Shown one piece after another: positions 27,565-32,000 of a stretch of 32,000 nucleotides of DNA. This stretch comes from Vibrio vulnificus CMCP6. Lineage in GTDB: Bacteria > Pseudomonadota > Gammaproteobacteria > Enterobacterales > Vibrionaceae. The position numbers were made by a program, and so were the translations under genes. Each line of letters starts with the position of its first letter. The first letter of the stretch is position 1. Under the pieces are notes generated by a model. The model was not told the origin of the DNA. It saw nothing but the letters and a program-made list of their open reading frames with translations, and made no database searches. The DNA lies in assembly GCF_000039765.1 (NCBI RefSeq), contig NC_004460.2, forward strand, positions 30,001-62,000, in the 5' to 3' direction.

Positions 27565-29010
27565 ATGTTAGGAGCCGATGGTTTAAACCTTGCCTTAATG
27601 ATAGCAGACTCAGGGATTGTTGAGTCTGCGGTGAACGATCTGATGGCACGCTCACAGTTAATGGTGATGGCGGAAAACCGAGGAGTGAAAGCCTCGGTGA
27701 AAAACCATTTGTCCAAATGGCGTGGCAGTGTAAAGCGCCGCATTACCAAAGTGTGTGAAACAGAACGCTTCCAACAAGAATTGTCGCTCTATCAAGAAGT
27801 GATTCACCTGACGGAAAATGAGTTTTTCGAACGTATTGATGATGTCGTGCGTAAGTTGGAATGGCATTCCGCCTTCTATCTACAAGCAAGACGTTTGCTC
27901 GACAAAAACAAAGGGTTAAATAACCCAATGTTTCCTCACTATTTCTGCGATCAGTGGTATCAAAGTCTGTTTGAAGCCATCAAACAAGCCCAGGTGACTG
28001 AACTGGAAGTCAATAAAGAGAAAGTCCTCACCGATCTTTATCAACGCATGGAAACCATGAAGAACATGGACAAAGTGACGGATTCTGGTGATGAAGGAAG
28101 CGTTGGGCGACTTTGGGACATGGCATCGGCCAAGCTCAGTAAAACAGACGTTTCTGTCATGAAGCGTTACGCTGAGTTTCTGAAAAAGAACAATGGATTA
28201 CAGGAAATTGCTGAGCAGTTAGGTCGCATGGCCAACGAAGTGGATGATCCCGATCTACAACGCACTCCGGCAGAAGAGTTGCAGATGGTCGAGGAGAAAA
28301 GCGACGAAGCGACGGATGATATCGTCGGCATCCATGAAAGTGATGATCTCAACAAATTGCTGCCAAACGAAACCATGTTTTTGGCCTACCCAGAACTGGA
28401 AGTGGTGTTCTACAAACATTTGGCTGACAAACGTTTGATGAATTATCGCGTGCAGGGCAAGTCGAGAACGCTGCGCAAGGTAAGAGCGCAAAAGCCGGAT
28501 AATCAGCAAGTAGAGATTGAGAAAGGGCCGTTTGTGCTGTGCGTTGACGCGTCGGGTTCGATGAGTGGTTTCCCTGAGCAGAGTGCCAAAGCAATGGCTT
28601 ACGCGCTGATGCAGATTGCGTTAGCTGAAGGGCGTGACTGCTATGTCATGTTATTCTCAACAGAGCAAATTACTTACGAGCTGACCAAGCAAGATGGCCT
28701 GCGTGAAGCGGCGGATTTTCTCACCTATACATTTCACGGCGGCACGGCATTTGAACCTGTACTGATGAAATCGATCGAACTCATGAGCGGGGATAAATAC
28801 CGTAATGCAGATTTGGTGGTGTTATCGGATTTTATTGCTCCTAGACAGTCAGAAGAAATGCTGGCTAAAGTAGAGGCTTTGAAAGAGCAAAAGAACCGTT
28901 TCCACGCCGTAAGTTTGTCGAAATATGGTAACCCTGCGTTGATGTCGATGTTCGACCATTGTTGGGCTTATCACCCAGGCCTAGTTGGACGCTTATTGAA
29001 AAAGTGGTAA
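27565..29010 (+). CDS. viaA: RavA-associated VWA-domain protein ViaA
   Basis: 481 aa; MIDAS 'VLCVDASGSMSGFPEQSAKAMAYALMQIAL', 'VVLSDFIAPR'. Lies 9 nt downstream of ravA. Confidence 0.94.
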   Translation: MLGADGLNLALMIADSGIVESAVNDLMARSQLMVMAENRGVKASVKNHLSKWRGSVKRRITKVCETERFQQELSLYQEVIHLTENEFFERIDDVVRKLEWHSAFYLQARRLLDKNKGLNNPMFPHYFCDQWYQSLFEAIKQAQVTELEVNKEKVLTDLYQRMETMKNMDKVTDSGDEGSVGRLWDMASAKLSKTDVSVMKRYAEFLKKNNGLQEIAEQLGRMANEVDDPDLQRTPAEELQMVEEKSDEATDDIVGIHESDDLNKLLPNETMFLAYPELEVVFYKHLADKRLMNYRVQGKSRTLRKVRAQKPDNQQVEIEKGPFVLCVDASGSMSGFPEQSAKAMAYALMQIALAEGRDCYVMLFSTEQITYELTKQDGLREAADFLTYTFHGGTAFEPVLMKSIELMSGDKYRNADLVVLSDFIAPRQSEEMLAKVEALKEQKNRFHAVSLSKYGNPALMSMFDHCWAYHPGLVGRLLKKW

Positions 29011-29015
29011 ACGAA

Positions 29016-29041
29016 GAAGAGCTCCTCGAGCTCTTTTTTTG
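29016..29041 (+). terminator. Intrinsic terminator of ravA-viaA
   Basis: AAGAGCTC-CTC-GAGCTCTT followed by TTTTT immediately after the viaA stop. Confidence 0.88.
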
Positions 29042-29135
29042 TGCCGTTTCACAATCTTGCATGTCGTGATTTAACTTCAACTTAAGCCGTGGCATGGTAA
29101 GTACAATGTAAGCCATAAAAACGGTTGAAGGATTG

Positions 29136-29480
29136 ATGATGACCACCAAAGAACTTGAAGCCTACCTTGATACTTTTGTTTGCGCAGAAAGCAGCTTTCC
29201 ATTTGGCCCGGAAGCCTTAGTCTTTAAGGTCAAAGACAAAATGTTTGCGATTCTAGCCAGCCGAGAAGGGCGAGAATACATTACACTTAAAGCGAAGCCC
29301 GAAGATGGCGAAGTGTTAACGTCTCAGTTTGAATCCATCACACCGGGTTACCACACCAATAAGCGCCACTGGATCACTGTGTACTTAAATGGCGATGTGG
29401 AATCGGGTTTGATTGAAGATTTGTGCCAACGTTCATATCAATTGGTGGTGGACAAGCTGCCTAAGTCGCAGCGTCCTTAA
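29136..29480 (+). CDS. MmcQ/YjbR family DNA-binding-like protein
   Basis: 'LEAYLDTFVCAESSFPFGPEALVFKVKDKMFAILASREGREYITLKAKPEDGEVLTSQFESITPGYHTNKRHWITVYLNGDV' is the YjbR fold signature. Confidence 0.9.
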   Translation: MMTTKELEAYLDTFVCAESSFPFGPEALVFKVKDKMFAILASREGREYITLKAKPEDGEVLTSQFESITPGYHTNKRHWITVYLNGDVESGLIEDLCQRSYQLVVDKLPKSQRP

Positions 29481-29516
29481 ATCAAGTGATGCAATAAGAC
29501 TATTGGGGGTAAGGGG

Positions 29517-29954
29517 ATGCGCTCATTAGAACAATGGCTGGATGCCTACGGTGAAAGTCATCAAAATTCGACCAATCAAAAAATCCATACCTTTGCTGTG
29601 CCGGGGATTTTCTTTTCGATCGTAGCGCTGATTTGGTCGCTGCCTTCGCTTCCTCTGCCTGTTCTGTCGCTGAACTGGGTCTGGGTTGCCGCTTTGCCAG
29701 TTTGGTGGTTCTACTATCGGCTGTCGCTTAGTGTTTTTTTGATGATGCTGGGTTATACCCTTGCCAGTATCGCGCTCGCTTGGAGTGTTGAACTGTTGGG
29801 GCTGCCCTTAACTGAGATGGCTGTTGGTCTTTTTGTTGTCTTGTGGATTTTTCAGTTTGTCGGCCACAAGATTGAAGGGAAAAAGCCTTCGTTTTTTGAG
29901 GACCTGAAGTTTTTGCTGATTGGTCCGGTTTGGGTGTTTATGCGTCATAAATAA
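29517..29954 (+). CDS. Mpo1-like (DUF962) membrane protein
   Basis: 145 aa; 'LEQWLDAYGESHQNSTNQKIHTFAVPGIFFSIVALIW' and 'WIFQFVGHKIEGKKPSFFEDLKFLLIGPVWV'. Confidence 0.88.
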   Translation: MRSLEQWLDAYGESHQNSTNQKIHTFAVPGIFFSIVALIWSLPSLPLPVLSLNWVWVAALPVWWFYYRLSLSVFLMMLGYTLASIALAWSVELLGLPLTEMAVGLFVVLWIFQFVGHKIEGKKPSFFEDLKFLLIGPVWVFMRHK

Positions 29955-29986
29955 TGGCGCATAAACAGATTCTCTTATAGAAGGCT

Positions 29987-30637
29987 TTAGCTGAAAAACA
30001 ACCAGATACCGACGCCAATCATCAAACTACCAGCAATTCGGTTCAAGCGACGCACGTTTTGTGATTGACCAAGCAAGCGTTTCAAACCTTTACCACCAGT
30101 GGCGTAGAGCGTCATACACACAAACTCTGAAATCAGAATAATTCCGACCAGCAGAAAAAGCTGTGGTGGTAGTGGCGCGCTTTTGTCGATAAAAGGGGGT
30201 AAGAGAGAAATCATAAATGCCCAGCCTTTCGGATTGGCAATGGCAGTAATGAACCCTTGCATAATCAATTGCCAATTATTCGCGCGGCTGACAGGGCCTG
30301 TTTCAGCAGAAAGAGACAGCTTTCCACGAGAGCGCCACATTTGGATGCCTAAGTAAACCAAATAGGTCGCGCCCAATATTTTGAAACTAATGAACAGCAT
30401 AGGGTAATTGAGCATAACGGCGGCAATACCGACGACCGCTGCAACGGAAACAACCGCAACACCAACCAGCTCTCCGAGCATCATCCAAAGTGTGCGTTTA
30501 TATCCAATGCTCATACCAAGGGTTAAGGCTAAAGTCATACACATCCCCGGGGTGATAGAGACAAAGAAAAAGGTTGGGATGAAAGCAGAAAGTAGCGCGA
30601 AGTTCATGGAGCGAAAATGCCTCACAATATGGGACAA
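29987..30637 (-). CDS. LysE/RhtB family amino acid exporter
   Basis: 216 aa; 'TPGMCMTLALTLGMSIGYKRTLWMMLGELVGVAVVSV', 'GATYLVYLGIQMWRSRG', 'GFITAIANPKGWAFMISLLPPFI'. Confidence 0.92.
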   Translation of the reverse strand: MSHIVRHFRSMNFALLSAFIPTFFFVSITPGMCMTLALTLGMSIGYKRTLWMMLGELVGVAVVSVAAVVGIAAVMLNYPMLFISFKILGATYLVYLGIQMWRSRGKLSLSAETGPVSRANNWQLIMQGFITAIANPKGWAFMISLLPPFIDKSAPLPPQLFLLVGIILISEFVCMTLYATGGKGLKRLLGQSQNVRRLNRIAGSLMIGVGIWLFFS

Positions 30638-30816
30638 AAGTAACGTAAAGATACAATTACTAACAAATAACTCTGCATAGCATACTCAATTCGTGACATT
30701 TGTCGAAATGTATTTGTGACTAATCACGCTGTTTTCTTTCCCCATTCCACTTCGAAAACGATCTCAATCACACATTGATACAAAGGCGATAGAAAATTTT
30801 CATTCGCGTTCTATTA

Positions 30817-30840
30817 TCTCATCGAAACGTTTCGATGAGA
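30817..30840. promoter_or_regulatory. Putative RbsR (LacI-family) operator upstream of rbsD
   Basis: TCTCATCGAAACGTTTCGATGAGA, a perfect 24-bp palindrome containing the CGAAACGTTTCG core, 51 bp upstream of the rbsD ATG. Confidence 0.8.
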
Positions 30841-30890
30841 TTTTTTCTCTAACGCGAATCGATAGAGTTCACCCAAATTGAGAAACAAAA

Positions 30891-31310
30891 ATGAAAAAAA
30901 GTGCCCTGCTAAACTCTGAACTTTCCTACCTCGTGGCCACCTTAGGTCACACGGACGAGATCACGATTTGTGATGCTGGTTTGCCGATCCCAGATGGCGT
31001 CTCTCGCATTGATTTGGCGTTGACTCACGGTGTGCCAAGTTTTATTGAAACCGTACGAGTGATGCTCTCTGAATCGCAAATCGAAGGGGCAATTGTGGCC
31101 ACGGAGTTTGCAGAGGTAAGCCCTGAGCTTTATCAGGCATTAGTGGCTGAGCTTCAATGTGAAGAAGAAAAAACAGGCAAAGTGTTGTCACTGACGCATG
31201 TTTCTCACGAAGAGTTCAAGCAACGTACGGAGTCGAGCAAAGCGGTGGTGCGCACCGGTGAATGCACCCCTTACGCCAATGTGATTTTTCAAGCTGGCGT
31301 TGTGTTCTAA
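30891..31310 (+). CDS. rbsD: D-ribose pyranase
   Basis: 139 aa; 'MKKSALLNSELSYLVATLGHTDEITICDAGLPIPDGVSRIDLALTHGVPSF..' and C-terminal 'RTGECTPYANVIFQAGVVF'. Confidence 0.97.
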   Translation: MKKSALLNSELSYLVATLGHTDEITICDAGLPIPDGVSRIDLALTHGVPSFIETVRVMLSESQIEGAIVATEFAEVSPELYQALVAELQCEEEKTGKVLSLTHVSHEEFKQRTESSKAVVRTGECTPYANVIFQAGVVF

Positions 31311-31353
31311 CCCATTGACAGGTTTCACCAAGTTAGGTGGTTGAGGAGAGAGT

Positions 31354-32000
31354 ATGAACCAAGCGATTTTACAGCTCAGTGAAATTGAAAAAGCATTTCC
31401 TGGCGTGAAGGCGTTAGATAAGGCCTCGCTCAATGTCTACCCAGGAAGAGTGATGGCTTTAATGGGAGAAAATGGAGCAGGAAAATCCACCTTGATGAAA
31501 GTGCTTACCGGTATCTATTCACGAGACGCAGGTGAGATAGTTTATCAAGGTCAATCAGCGCAGTTCAAAGGGCCAAGAGATTCACAACAAGCTGGTATCA
31601 GCATTATTCACCAAGAACTAAACCTTATTCGTGAACTGACCATCGCAGAGAACATTTTTCTTGGTCGAGAGATTACCTCGGCGTTTGGGCGTATTGATTG
31701 GCCCCAAATGTACGCGGAAGCGGACAAACTGCTCGCGCGCTTGAAAGTGAAGCACAGCTCAAAGACGTTACTTGGTCAGTTAAGTCTGGGTGAGCAGCAG
31801 ATGGTGGAAATCGCTAAAGCGCTCTCTTTTGAGTCCAAAGTCATCATCATGGATGAACCAACAGACGCCTTGACGGACACCGAAACAGAGGCGCTGTTTT
31901 CGGTTATTCGAGAGCTGAGAGAGCAGGGGTGTGGCATTGTTTACATCTCCCACCGTTTGAAAGAGATCTTCGAAATTTGTGATGACATCACGGTGTTGCG
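31354..32000 (+). CDS. rbsA: Ribose ABC transporter ATP-binding protein RbsA, N-terminal part; 3' end outside window
   Basis: ATG at 31354 with GGAGAGAG upstream; '[55 protein letters not shown]', '[31 protein letters not shown]'. Open to the window end; missing from the ORF track. Confidence 0.96.
   Translation, partial: MNQAILQLSEIEKAFPGVKALDKASLNVYPGRVMALMGENGAGKSTLMKVLTGIYSRDAGEIVYQGQSAQFKGPRDSQQAGISIIHQELNLIRELTIAENIFLGREITSAFGRIDWPQMYAEADKLLARLKVKHSSKTLLGQLSLGEQQMVEIAKALSFESKVIIMDEPTDALTDTETEALFSVIRELREQGCGIVYISHRLKEIFEICDDITVL

Noticed and set aside
25888-29010. MoxR ATPase plus VWA protein pair considered as a novel MoxR-VWA ternary or defence system
   Set aside because: Sequence features and the two-gene order match the known RavA-ViaA pair, not a new system.
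1-32000. Defence island, toxin-antitoxin module, CRISPR, phage, transposon, integron attC repeats
   Set aside because: I looked for these and found none. The genes are recognisable core or accessory metabolic families, and no direct-repeat array, integrase or transposase was seen.

Overview
This 32 kb window looks like ordinary Vibrio chromosomal DNA (V. vulnificus-like by protein character; inference, I could not run a search). It is densely packed with housekeeping and accessory metabolic genes. I found no phage, IS element, integron, CRISPR array, tRNA or rRNA. Recognisable loci: RND efflux pump 3' end, MgtC/DUF4010 membrane protein, M4 metalloprotease, degenerate M16 (insulinase)-like protein, PilZ protein, SpoIIAA-like protein, SdaC/HAAAP-type permease, frameshifted PrpA-like phosphatase, frameshifted TauE/SafE permease, dCache-type MCP, group II PLP decarboxylase, GbpA (AA10 LPMO), RarD, START-domain protein, YqfB (ASCH), PAP2 phosphatase, M14 desuccinylase-like protein, YfcC-type permease, coniferyl-aldehyde-dehydrogenase-like ALDH, cytochrome c, LtaE, NUDIX hydrolase, RavA-ViaA, YjbR-like, Mpo1-like, LysE-type exporter, RbsD and partial RbsA. 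The most informative signals are non-coding and absent from the ORF track. First, a Qrr quorum-sensing sRNA at about 18480-18588 with a sigma54 promoter and two LuxO-type enhancer sites. Second, a c-di-GMP-I (GEMM-I) riboswitch in the gbpA leader (about 15880-15975, minus). Third, a perfect 24-bp RbsR-like operator upstream of rbsD. Also notable are an M16-like protein with no HXXEH motif, a possible 33-aa one-TM small protein at 7014-7115, and two single-base frameshifts in neighbouring genes. I do not see convincing evidence for a wholly new multi-gene system here.
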